A stretch of DNA of 52,213 nucleotides, from the NCBI GenBank assembly GCA_035602785.1, contig DATNLQ010000138.1, forward strand, positions 1 to 52,213, read 5' to 3'. Below are positions 28,428 to 36,886 of the stretch, piece after piece (the first letter of the stretch is position 1; each line of letters begins with the position of its first letter). The notes beneath the pieces were generated by a model that did no database searches, was not told the DNA's origin, and saw nothing but the letters and a program-made list of their open reading frames with translations. This stretch comes from Solirubrobacteraceae bacterium. Lineage in GTDB: Bacteria > Actinomycetota > Thermoleophilia > Solirubrobacterales > Solirubrobacteraceae. A program made the position numbers and the translations under genes.

Positions 28428-29555
28428 TTATGCCGAGGGAGCCGCCGTGCGCCCTTTTCCCCGCAGAACGCCTTCCATCTCAGCAAAGAACCGCCTGCAC
28501 ATGGCGGCGGTGGTGAATTCCTGCAGGTAACGCTCTCGGCCCGCCCGCCCCAGGCGCTCGCGCAGCTCGGGTGAGGTGAGCAGCGGCTCCAGTGCGTCGG
28601 CGAGCGCGTCGGGCTGGCCCGAGCGGGCGAGCGCGCCCGTCTGGCCGTCCTGCACGAAGTCGCCCGGGCCGCCCGAGTTGACGGCCATCACCGCAACCCC
28701 CCTCGCCATCCCCTCCAGGATCACGATCCCGAACGGCTCGGGATCTGACGCGTTCACCAGCACGTCCATCTGTTCGATGTAGGGGCTGGCGTCGGGCACC
28801 TCGCCGGTCATGGTCACGTCTGCACCCAGGCCGAGCTGCTCGATCAACACCGGCAGCGAGGCCGCATACTCGGGCGACAGACCGTAGGAGTCCCCGCCCA
28901 CGATCACCAGGTGCATCCTGTGGCCGCGGTCGCGCAGGATCGCCTGGGCGCGCAGCATCCGGTCCTGCCCCTTCCACGGCTGCAGGCGCCCTACCAGGCC
29001 CACGATCGGCACGTCGTCGGGCAGCGACAGCGGCGGCTCGCTCGGGCCACCTGCGGGCAGCGGCGAGCCGGCGCCCACGACGAAGGTCTGACGCTTGGGG
29101 AACAGGCGCTCCTGCGCCTGGGCGGCGGCGCGCGAGTAGCAGCCGACCGCCGTCGCCGGCAACAGCGTCGCGCTCATGTCGATCCAGTCACGGCGGGGAA
29201 TCGCCTGCTGCCACCAGATCACGCGGTCGGTCATCCCTGCGAGCATCGCGGCCGGCGCACCGTACAGCTGCGTTTTGGCCGCCCAGTTGAGGATCAGGTC
29301 GGGCTTGCGCGCGCGCAGCAGGCCTGCCAGGCGCCTGACGGTCGCAAGCCAGCGATGGACCTCGCGCAGGCGCCCCGCGTCAATCACCTCGACGCGAAAG
29401 CCGGCCTGGCGGAGCTCGGCCGGCCACGGGCCGTCCTGGAAGAAAACCGGCTCGAGCTTGTGCCCGGCCTCGACCGCCCCGTCGAACACGCCCTGCAGCA
29501 TCGCCTCGGCGCCTCCCAGGCGCTGCCCCCAGGGAACTGTGATCACGATTCGCAC
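28428..29555 (-). CDS. Glycosyltransferase family 4
   Basis: GGAE, VGRLQPWKG and EPFGIVILEGM. GGAGAG lies upstream of the GTG. Confidence 0.92.
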   Translation of the reverse strand: MRIVITVPWGQRLGGAEAMLQGVFDGAVEAGHKLEPVFFQDGPWPAELRQAGFRVEVIDAGRLREVHRWLATVRRLAGLLRARKPDLILNWAAKTQLYGAPAAMLAGMTDRVIWWQQAIPRRDWIDMSATLLPATAVGCYSRAAAQAQERLFPKRQTFVVGAGSPLPAGGPSEPPLSLPDDVPIVGLVGRLQPWKGQDRMLRAQAILRDRGHRMHLVIVGGDSYGLSPEYAASLPVLIEQLGLGADVTMTGEVPDASPYIEQMDVLVNASDPEPFGIVILEGMARGVAVMAVNSGGPGDFVQDGQTGALARSGQPDALADALEPLLTSPELRERLGRAGRERYLQEFTTAAMCRRFFAEMEGVLRGKGRTAAPSA

Positions 29556-29565
29556 GTCGTCTCTC

Positions 29566-30324
29566 CTATGCGGGCTTGACCGCGCACAGCGCCACGCTCA
29601 GATGCGGATAGCCCAGCATCCTGGTCAGCGGCGCGTCGAGGACCACCAGCGCGCGCAGGGGCAGGATGATCGCCCACGCCGCGGGGCGGCCGACCCGCTC
29701 GCTGAGCCTGCGCATCAGGTCGGTCAGCTTCTGGGAGACCACCCCGCTGACGAAGCCCTCGTCCGTCACCCGCAGCCCTGCCCCCTGGGCGATCTCGCGC
29801 AGGCGCTGTTGGGAGTAGCCGAAGCGCACGTGCAGGCCGTCCTCGACGCCACTCGGATGGGGATCCTCGGTGTAGAGGGGATGGTGCGCGTCGAAGGGCG
29901 TGGTGAGCAGCAGTTGTCCCCCGGGTCTGAGCATCGCCGCGAGCCTGCCCACGAGGCCGGCGTCGTCGATCACGTGCTCGATCGTCTCGAAGCAGATGAT
30001 CTGGTCGAAGTCACCCAGCGACTCGCTGTGGGCGTCGAGGTCGCGCAGGTCCAGTTGGCGAAAGTCGATGCCCGAGACCCTCACCACCTCGGCGCGGCGA
30101 CGCGCATCCTGCTGCTCGCGCTCGGAGAAGGAGGCGGCCACCACCTCGTTGCCAGCGCGTGCCGCGTAGATGGCAAAGCCGCCGTTGCCACAGCCGGCGT
30201 CGAAGGTCCTCGCGGGCCCCTTGCGCAGGTGACGGCGCAGCCACAGCCACCTGTCCAGCACGCACGGATCGCCATGGATGAGCAGGGGACTCCAGCCGAA
30301 GGCCCGCAGCAGCATGTCCGGCAT
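29566..30324 (-). CDS. Class I SAM-dependent methyltransferase
   Basis: FDAGCGNG, FETIEHV, LRPGG.LLLTTP and HVRFGY. Start placed at ATG 30324. Confidence 0.88.
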   Translation of the reverse strand: MPDMLLRAFGWSPLLIHGDPCVLDRWLWLRRHLRKGPARTFDAGCGNGGFAIYAARAGNEVVAASFSEREQQDARRRAEVVRVSGIDFRQLDLRDLDAHSESLGDFDQIICFETIEHVIDDAGLVGRLAAMLRPGGQLLLTTPFDAHHPLYTEDPHPSGVEDGLHVRFGYSQQRLREIAQGAGLRVTDEGFVSGVVSQKLTDLMRRLSERVGRPAAWAIILPLRALVVLDAPLTRMLGYPHLSVALCAVKPA

Positions 30325-30341
30325 GGGCGAAACATACAAGA

Positions 30342-31505
30342 ATGTCCTTGGTGTCAGACCTTCAGCAGACCGCAGTCGGCCCATCCGACACCCATACGTC
30401 CAGCGCCACCGCGCGCTTGGCGCTCGCCCACGACTACCTGCTCGTCATGCGCGGCGCGGAGCGCACCTTCGCGGCGATCGCGCAGCTGTATGAGCAAGCG
30501 CCGATCCTCACCCTGCTCTACGACGAGCAGGGCACCGACGGGCGCTTTGCGGGGCGCTCGATCGCCACCTCGCGGCTGCAGCGCCTAGGCGTCGGCCAGG
30601 GCGGCTTCAGGCGCCTGCTGCCGCTGTACCCCTGGGCGGTCGGACGCCTGCACGTGCCGGCGTGCGACGTGCTGCTGAGCAGCAGCAGCGCGTTCGCCCA
30701 CGGCGTGCGCGCCCCCGCGGGGGCGCTGCACGTGTGCTACTGCTACACGCCGTTTCGCTACGCCTGGTACGAGCAGGAGCGGGCGCTCGCCGAGACCCCC
30801 AGCCCGCTGCGTCCGCTGCTGGGAGCCCAGCTGGCTCGCATCCGCCGCTGGGACCTGGCGGCCAGCCGGCGCGTGGACGAGTACATCGCAATCTCGCAGC
30901 TCAGCCGCGAGCGGATCAAGCGCTACTACGGGCGCGACGCGCACGTGATCCACCCGCCCGTGGAGACGCACCGCTTCTCGCCCGCCACGCCCGGCGACAA
31001 GCTGCTGGTCGTGTCGGAGATCGTCCGCCACAAGCGCCTGCACGTGGCGCTGGAGGCCGCGCGCCGCGCGCACGCGCCGATCCAGGTGGTCGGCTCGGGA
31101 CCCGACCATGCGGCATTGCAGGACGCCTACCCCGAGGCCGAGTTCCTCGGACGCGCCGGCGACGAGGAGCTCGCTGCGCTGTATGCGGGCGCACGCGCGC
31201 TGCTGGTGCCGAGCATGGAGGAGTTCGGCATCACGGCCGTCGAGGCGCAGGCCGCCGGACGGCCGGTGATCGCAGCGGCGGCCGGGGGTGCGCTGGAGAC
31301 CGTGCTCGACGGTCAGACCGGACGGCTGGTGGCGCTCGACGACGTGGACGCGTTCGCGCGGGCGATCGAGGGCATCGACGAGCTGGAATTCGACCCCGCG
31401 CGCGCGGTCGCCAACGCCGAGCGCTTCTCGGTCGCCGCCTTCCAGCGCCAGCTGGCCGCGCGAGTCGACGCGGCGCTCGCGGCCCGGTCAGCACCGCGCG
31501 CGTAG
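30342..31505 (+). CDS. Glycosyltransferase family 4 (WbaZ-like)
   Basis: LAHDYL...GAER, CYTPFRYAW, IHPPV and EEFGITAVEAQA. Confidence 0.9.
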   Translation: MSLVSDLQQTAVGPSDTHTSSATARLALAHDYLLVMRGAERTFAAIAQLYEQAPILTLLYDEQGTDGRFAGRSIATSRLQRLGVGQGGFRRLLPLYPWAVGRLHVPACDVLLSSSSAFAHGVRAPAGALHVCYCYTPFRYAWYEQERALAETPSPLRPLLGAQLARIRRWDLAASRRVDEYIAISQLSRERIKRYYGRDAHVIHPPVETHRFSPATPGDKLLVVSEIVRHKRLHVALEAARRAHAPIQVVGSGPDHAALQDAYPEAEFLGRAGDEELAALYAGARALLVPSMEEFGITAVEAQAAGRPVIAAAAGGALETVLDGQTGRLVALDDVDAFARAIEGIDELEFDPARAVANAERFSVAAFQRQLAARVDAALAARSAPRA

Positions 31506-31580
31506 ACGCGTCGGGGCGACAGCCTCACGTGCGTAGACGCGTCCGGGGGCGCTCGCGCGAGCGTCAGATAGGGTGGCGCG

Positions 31581-32861
31581 ATGCCCGCCAGAGCCCTGCA
31601 CATCGCGTGGCTCGGGCCCGCTCCCGGCGAGGACGGCGGCGTGCCCGGCGTGGGCACCGAGCTGCTGCACGGACTCGCTGCGCTGGGCCACAGGATCGAC
31701 TGCTTCTTCCCATCGGCCGGCCAGCCGCTGCCGGCCCGCGTGGCCGGCGACGCCAACATCACGTTCGTGTGGGGCACCAGTCGCTGGCAGTGGGATCGCT
31801 GGTACAGCCGCACCCGGATCGCGGCGTTCGCCAGCGGCATCGTGTGGCGCAGCGTCGCGTCGGTGGGCCTGCGCGCGCAGATCGTGCGCCGCCATCGCGC
31901 AGACCCCTATGACGTCATCTACCAGTTCTCCAGCGTGGAGAGCCTCGCTGTGCCGCCACGGCTGACTCGCACTGTGCCGCTGGTGATCCATCCCGAGACC
32001 CACAGCGCGGGCGAGCTGCGATCGCTGCTGGCCGAGCGAAGGTTGAGCATCCGCTGCCAGGGACGCGCCCGGTTCGCATTGGTCGCCGCGATCATGCTGA
32101 TGCGCTCGCGAACGCAGCGCAAGCGCATCCGCAAGGCGCGCCTGCTGGTGTGCATCAGCGGCGTGTTTCGCGACCATCTCGTGCACGACTACGGCTTCCC
32201 GCGCGCGGACACCGTGGTGGTCCCCAACCCGGTGCGCATGGAGCGCTTCGACACGTCGGACAGGCCGCCGGCGCAACCGCCGGTCGTGCTCGTGCTCGGA
32301 CGCGTGGTGGCGCGCAAGGGCATCGAGACGGTAGTGGAGGTCGCCAGGCTGCTGGCGCGGCGCGGCGAGGCGATGAGGATCCGCGTGGTGGGCGGGCCGA
32401 GCTTGTGGTCGGACTACACCAGCCTGCTTGACGACCTGCCGGCCGACACCGCCGAATACGTCGGCGCCGTCGACCCCGCCGAGGTCCCTGCGCAGATCGC
32501 CGCCAGCGACCTGCTGCTGGCGCCCAGCCGCTACGAGCCGTTCGCGCTGACCGTCGCCGAGGCGCTCGCAAGCGGACTTCCGGTGATCGGCACGAGCGAG
32601 GTCGGCGCGATCGAGGGCGTGGCGCGCTCGGTCGTCACGGAGGTCGCGCCCGGCGACGCGGGCGCGATGGCCGACGCGATCCTCACGGTGATCGAGCGCC
32701 TGCGCGCCGACCCCGCCGGGGTGCGGGCAACAGCGCGCGCCGAGGCGCAGCGCTTGTTCGCGCCGGAGGTCGTCTGCGAACAGGTCTCGCGCGCCCTGGT
32801 GGCGCTGGTGGAGGGCGGCGGGCACGCCGCCGCGGACGACCGCGCGAGGGCCTCTACGTGA
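31581..32861 (+). CDS. Glycosyltransferase family 4
   Basis: GGV, VPNPV, LGRVVARKG and YEPFALTVAEALASG. Confidence 0.9.
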   Translation: MPARALHIAWLGPAPGEDGGVPGVGTELLHGLAALGHRIDCFFPSAGQPLPARVAGDANITFVWGTSRWQWDRWYSRTRIAAFASGIVWRSVASVGLRAQIVRRHRADPYDVIYQFSSVESLAVPPRLTRTVPLVIHPETHSAGELRSLLAERRLSIRCQGRARFALVAAIMLMRSRTQRKRIRKARLLVCISGVFRDHLVHDYGFPRADTVVVPNPVRMERFDTSDRPPAQPPVVLVLGRVVARKGIETVVEVARLLARRGEAMRIRVVGGPSLWSDYTSLLDDLPADTAEYVGAVDPAEVPAQIAASDLLLAPSRYEPFALTVAEALASGLPVIGTSEVGAIEGVARSVVTEVAPGDAGAMADAILTVIERLRADPAGVRATARAEAQRLFAPEVVCEQVSRALVALVEGGGHAAADDRARAST

Positions 32862-33666
32862 ACTGCTCCAGCCAGTCGCGCCCGCCCGCCTTGATCTGCT
32901 CGTAGATTCTCTGCGAGCGCTCCAGGTGCTCTCGCTCGACGGCGCGTTCCCAGCGCTGCCAGCGCTCGCGATTGACGAGCCGCACGGCCGGCGCGAGCAG
33001 CGGCACGCCGGTGCCCGGCAGCGGCCGCGGCGAGCGCTCGCGATCGACTGGGCTCAGTTCGCCGGTGCGAAAGCCGGCGCCGTGGTGATAGATGGTGTCG
33101 CCGTAGATCGCATAGAAGAGCGGGTCGAGGTTCGTGCGGTTGGAGCGCAGGACCTGCACCCACGGCGTCTCGCTCACCTCAAGCCTGCGCCACAGGTTGG
33201 CGCCGACGTCGGTGGTGGGCGCACCCCTGGCACCCGGCCAGGTCGGTCCCGCGGTCCAGTCGCCAGGAAGCGCTCGCCAGGTGGCCACGGTGGTCACGCA
33301 GAAGCACGGGTGGGGCTGGGGCTCGTCGACGTTCTCGGCGCGGCGCACGGCCACCAGCGGCGCCCGCTGCAGGGCATCCTCGATCAGTGGCATCGGATCG
33401 GCGATCGGGAAGGCGTCGCCGTCGAGGAACATCAACAGGTCCTCGCCGGACGCCTCGCGGCAGATTTCCGCGGCCAGGTGGTTGAGCTTGCCGGCATGCG
33501 AGCCGCCTTGCTGGAGGATCCGGTCGAAGTGCACGGCATGGGAGGGGTCGATGCCCTGCAGCGAGGACCACGTCTGGAAGGGGATCGAGATGTGCTCGCG
33601 CAGGTGGCGAGTCTGGATCTCGATCCACTGCGCAGACTTGTAGTGAACCGTCGCTATGTAGAGCAC
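32854..33666 (-). CDS. Uncharacterised GT-A-fold-like protein
   Basis: N-terminal IATVHY strand, H..KLN and LMFLDGDAFP (DxD), in a glycan locus. Confidence 0.6.
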   Translation of the reverse strand: MLYIATVHYKSAQWIEIQTRHLREHISIPFQTWSSLQGIDPSHAVHFDRILQQGGSHAGKLNHLAAEICREASGEDLLMFLDGDAFPIADPMPLIEDALQRAPLVAVRRAENVDEPQPHPCFCVTTVATWRALPGDWTAGPTWPGARGAPTTDVGANLWRRLEVSETPWVQVLRSNRTNLDPLFYAIYGDTIYHHGAGFRTGELSPVDRERSPRPLPGTGVPLLAPAVRLVNRERWQRWERAVEREHLERSQRIYEQIKAGGRDWLEQFT

Positions 33667-33737
33667 GTGGCAGCTAGCGCCCGCGTTTGGACGTTCGGTC
33701 GAGTCATGTTAGCCAGGGCTCAAGTGAGGGCAGTCTC

Positions 33738-34100
33738 GTGTCGAAGGAGAGGTCGGACGCGACCGATCTGGCGACTACGCTGGCGACTACGACCGAACCG
33801 GCTCAAGTGCTCTTCATCCTGATACCCGCAGCCTGGCTTGCGATCGCCATGATGGTGCTGGCCGTCTGCATGATGGCCGCGCGGGGCGACGCGGACCTGG
33901 CGAGAACCGGCGGCATAGGCGGCGACGCGGACGCAGCGAGCGTCGGTGTCGAGCGCCCGCGCGAAGCCCTGGCGCCGCACGAAGTCGTCATCGCGGCGCG
34001 GCCGCGACGTATCGCGACTCGCCCGGCCCGTCCGCGCCACCGCCCGCTCAGAGGCCGCGACGTCCGAGGACGTGGGGCACGGTCCGCAGCAGGATCTTGA
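33738..34100 (+). CDS. Small single-TM hypothetical protein
   Basis: LFILIPAAWLAIAMMVLAVCMMAARGD followed by an Arg-rich tail. Similar to 36408-36650. Overlaps the convergent gene by 53 bp. Confidence 0.5.
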   Translation: MSKERSDATDLATTLATTTEPAQVLFILIPAAWLAIAMMVLAVCMMAARGDADLARTGGIGGDADAASVGVERPREALAPHEVVIAARPRRIATRPARPRHRPLRGRDVRGRGARSAAGS

Positions 34101-35562
34101 TGTCCTCCCACAGCGACCAGTTGGCCACGTACAGGTAGTCGATCGCGACCATCTCGCGCAGCGGCACGCGCGAGGGCCCGAGGATCTGCCAGGGGCCGGT
34201 CATGCCCGGCATCAGCTCCAGGCGGCGGCGGTGCCATCCCTCGACACGCCGGTCCTCGTCGACGACCAGCGGGCGCGGACCCACGAGGCTCATCTCGCCG
34301 CGGACGATGTTCCACAGCTGGGGCAGCTCGTCCAGGGCGCTGCGACGCAGGAGCCTGCCGAAGCGGGTCACGCGTGGGTCCTCGGCGATCTTGAACAGCC
34401 CCTCCTGGGCCTCGTTGGCGTGGCGCAGCGAATCCTTCATCGCGTCTGCGTCCTTGACCATGGTGCGGAACTTGAGCATGTGAAAGCGCTGGCCGTGGCG
34501 CCCCACGCGCAGCTGGCGGAAGAACACCGGGCCGCGGCTGTCGAGCTTGATGGCCAGCGCGATCACGAGCATGATCGGCGAGATGGCCAGCAGGCCGAGC
34601 AGGGCTCCTGCCATGTCGAACGCCCGCTTGACGCCTGCCGACGAGCGCGTCAGGTCAAAGCGCCGCACGCCCATCACGGTCACACCGTGCAGGTCGTCGA
34701 ACTCGACTGACGAGCCGACCACCTCCAGCAGACGCGGCACCAGGCTGACCCTCACGCCGACCGCCTTGAGCGTGCGCACGAGGTTGAGCATCTCGCCCGC
34801 GTCGGCGCTGCGCGGCGCGATGATCGCGCGGTGCACGTCCAGCGAGCGGGCCAGGTCGCGGATCTCGGCCAGGCGCGGTTCGGAGAAGGTGTCGGTCGAC
34901 CAGGGCGCGACCTTGTCGAGATCCAGGTGGGCAACGACCTTCGCGTTGACCCCACCGTGGCCGCTGAGCTTGGCGCAGATCGTGCCGGCCGACTGCTCGT
35001 CGCCGATGAACAGACACCGCTCGACCGGAGCGACACGCAGCGCGAGCCAGCGCGCGACTGACCGCGCCAAGACGAGCAGGCCGGCCAGCGCGAGCCACAG
35101 GAACAGGGCCTCGTGGCGATCGAGGTTGCCCGACACGATCAGCCCGCCCGACAGCCAGGAGACCAGCGCGCACAGCGTAGCCAGCTGGAACAGCCTGGGA
35201 GCCTCGTCGAGCGTGGTCTTGCGCAGGAGCGTCTCGTCGCGGTCGTACAGGCCGGTCAGCTTGGCGCCCACGATCAGGATCGGGATGCTCGCGACGAACT
35301 CCCATGTCAACTGCTGGGAGCGTCGCGAAAGCTCGAGCGTCAGCGCGAACGCGCCGACGATCGCGACAACGTCGGCGACGAGCAGGAAGCGGCGGAAGAG
35401 GCCGTCCCTGCGCAGACTCGCAGCCGGCCCACGGGCCTCGGTGATCTGGGAGGCCAGGCGCCTGCGCCCAGCCAGGCCCCTGAAGCCGCGCGAGCTGGTG
35501 GTGATCGAACCCTCCCACGGCGCTCCCGCATCCCTCGTAGTGCTACCGGCCTCCACGCTCAT
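34048..35562 (-). CDS. Priming polyprenyl-phosphate glycosylphosphotransferase (WcaJ/CpsE-like sugar transferase)
   Basis: N-terminal TMs plus a Bac_transf domain: KRAFD, FRQ.RVG, KFRTM, DPRVT, LDELPQLWN, MSLVGPRP, PGMTGPWQ. Confidence 0.95.
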   Translation of the reverse strand: MSVEAGSTTRDAGAPWEGSITTSSRGFRGLAGRRRLASQITEARGPAASLRRDGLFRRFLLVADVVAIVGAFALTLELSRRSQQLTWEFVASIPILIVGAKLTGLYDRDETLLRKTTLDEAPRLFQLATLCALVSWLSGGLIVSGNLDRHEALFLWLALAGLLVLARSVARWLALRVAPVERCLFIGDEQSAGTICAKLSGHGGVNAKVVAHLDLDKVAPWSTDTFSEPRLAEIRDLARSLDVHRAIIAPRSADAGEMLNLVRTLKAVGVRVSLVPRLLEVVGSSVEFDDLHGVTVMGVRRFDLTRSSAGVKRAFDMAGALLGLLAISPIMLVIALAIKLDSRGPVFFRQLRVGRHGQRFHMLKFRTMVKDADAMKDSLRHANEAQEGLFKIAEDPRVTRFGRLLRRSALDELPQLWNIVRGEMSLVGPRPLVVDEDRRVEGWHRRRLELMPGMTGPWQILGPSRVPLREMVAIDYLYVANWSLWEDIKILLRTVPHVLGRRGL

Positions 35563-35672
35563 ACCCCTATGCGCCTCCTTGCTCGTCACCAAGGCTCCTC
35601 AGATCGTCCCCTATGGTGAGCCTCGCAACCCCAACAAATGTCGAGATTCGGTGACCTCGACTAAGCGGGGGC

Positions 35673-35701
35673 ATCATAAACATCATCGCAACCTAAAGCA
35701 A
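35673..35701 (-). promoter_or_regulatory. Putative SigA-type promoter for the priming transferase
   Basis: TTGCTT-N17-TATGAT on the minus strand, in an AT-richer intergenic region about 110 nt upstream of ATG 35562. Confidence 0.55.
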
Positions 35702-35814
35702 GTCCCCAGCCCAAAAGAGCTTCGCCGATCGGATCGACCAAACGCACCGACAACGTGCGAAAAGGCGTCTTTTATAGCGCACCCAGCCGCATCAGACTGC
35801 GGCAAAACATGCAT

Positions 35815-36135
35815 ATGGATCCATACATAGTCCTGGGCAGCGCGGTTGTCGGGCTGCTCGTCGGCATGACCGGTGCGGGCGATGCCGATCCTCCTGTTTA
35901 GTGTCAAGCCCGCCGCTGCGATCTCCAGCGACCTGGTCGCGGCTGTGGTGATGCGCCCGGTGGGAGCGTCGGTGCACCTGCGCAAGGGCACGGTCAACCG
36001 CAGCCTGGTCGGCTGGATGGTCCTCGGCTCGGTGCCGATGGCCTTCCTCGGGGCATATCTGCTGTACCTGCTGGAGGGGTCAAGAGTGCCCAGCCGAACA
36101 TCGAGAAGGCGCTCGGCGCGGCGCTGTTGCTGGCC
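35815..36135 (+). pseudogene. Frameshifted, truncated TauE/SafE (sulfite exporter family) remnant
   Basis: Three segments in different frames: MDPYIVLGSAVVGLLVGMTGAG | ILLFSVKPAAAISSDL...HLRKGTVN...GSVP.AFLGA | KSAQPNIEKALGAALLL. No C-terminal half. Confidence 0.8.
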
Positions 36136-36407
36136 CGCGGCGTTGCCTGGCTTGCGTACAAGCGCCCATGGCAGGGCACGGGCGTCTTGGGCCACGCGGC
36201 GCCCGCCGACGTCAGGCCGAGCGCCAAGGTTCTCGAGTAGCGCGACGGCGCCCGCCTCGCCGACGCCGCACGCGCCGGCGAGCGGGCGAGCTGCGACCGT
36301 CTCCGGACTCACGACCGGCCTCCTTACGGCTGTCAAAAACACGTCCTCACCTCTGGTCCCATAAGTCCAATAGACTACACCTCTCTCACATACCCGAATC
36401 TCTCCTC

Positions 36408-36650
36408 ATGCTTATCGTCTTCCTCCCAGTCGCGTGGCTCTCGGTCGTCCTGATGGTCGTGGCCGCCTGTCGCGTGACCGCGCACGACCGCGAGGACGAC
36501 AGCCCAAATCGTGCGCGTGTCGACCAGCTGCGCTGGAGTCGCGGCCGCGCGACCCCGCACACGCGTCCGTCGCCCGGCGCCAAGCGGCCCTGCTCAACGC
36601 TCCCGCACGCGCGTGCGCCTGGCCGGGGCTCATGGCCGCGTCGGTCCTAG
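36408..36650 (+). CDS. Small single-TM hypothetical protein
   Basis: MLIVFLPVAWLSVVLMVVAACRVTAHD followed by an Arg-rich tail. Similar to 33738-34100. Confidence 0.5.
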   Translation: MLIVFLPVAWLSVVLMVVAACRVTAHDREDDSPNRARVDQLRWSRGRATPHTRPSPGAKRPCSTLPHARAPGRGSWPRRS

Positions 36651-36758
36651 AGACCGGCCTGCCCAGGCTAACGGCTCACAGAGCACCGACGCGCCCATCG
36701 AGCACCGACGCGTCCATACCAGATGCATTGGCCGGCTTCGCCGTGTCCTGCCGCCATC

Positions 36759-36795
36759 AAGAAAACCGGGCCGCCCCATCCCTGGAGCGGCCCGG
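36759..36795 (-). terminator. Putative intrinsic terminator downstream of the PstS-like gene
   Basis: Stem ccgggccgc/gcggcccgg (36766-36795) followed on the minus strand by TTTTCTT. Confidence 0.6.
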
Positions 36796-36831
36796 CGTCG
36801 CTTGCCTGCGATGCGCTTCGACGCGTCCTGC

Positions 36832-36854
36832 CTGCTGAGGCCGCGCCTCAGCAG
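36832..36854. terminator. Perfect 10-bp hairpin about 32 nt after the PstS-like stop
   Basis: ctgctgaggc-cgc-gcctcagcag; no U-tract. Confidence 0.45.
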
Positions 36855-36886
36855 CCCAGCGCCGTCACGGTGTCCGTATGTATCGG

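Noticed and set aside
36135..36400. Possible gene fragment or mobile-element scar after the TauE remnant
   Set aside because: No transposase motif, terminal inverted repeats or recognisable protein similarity.
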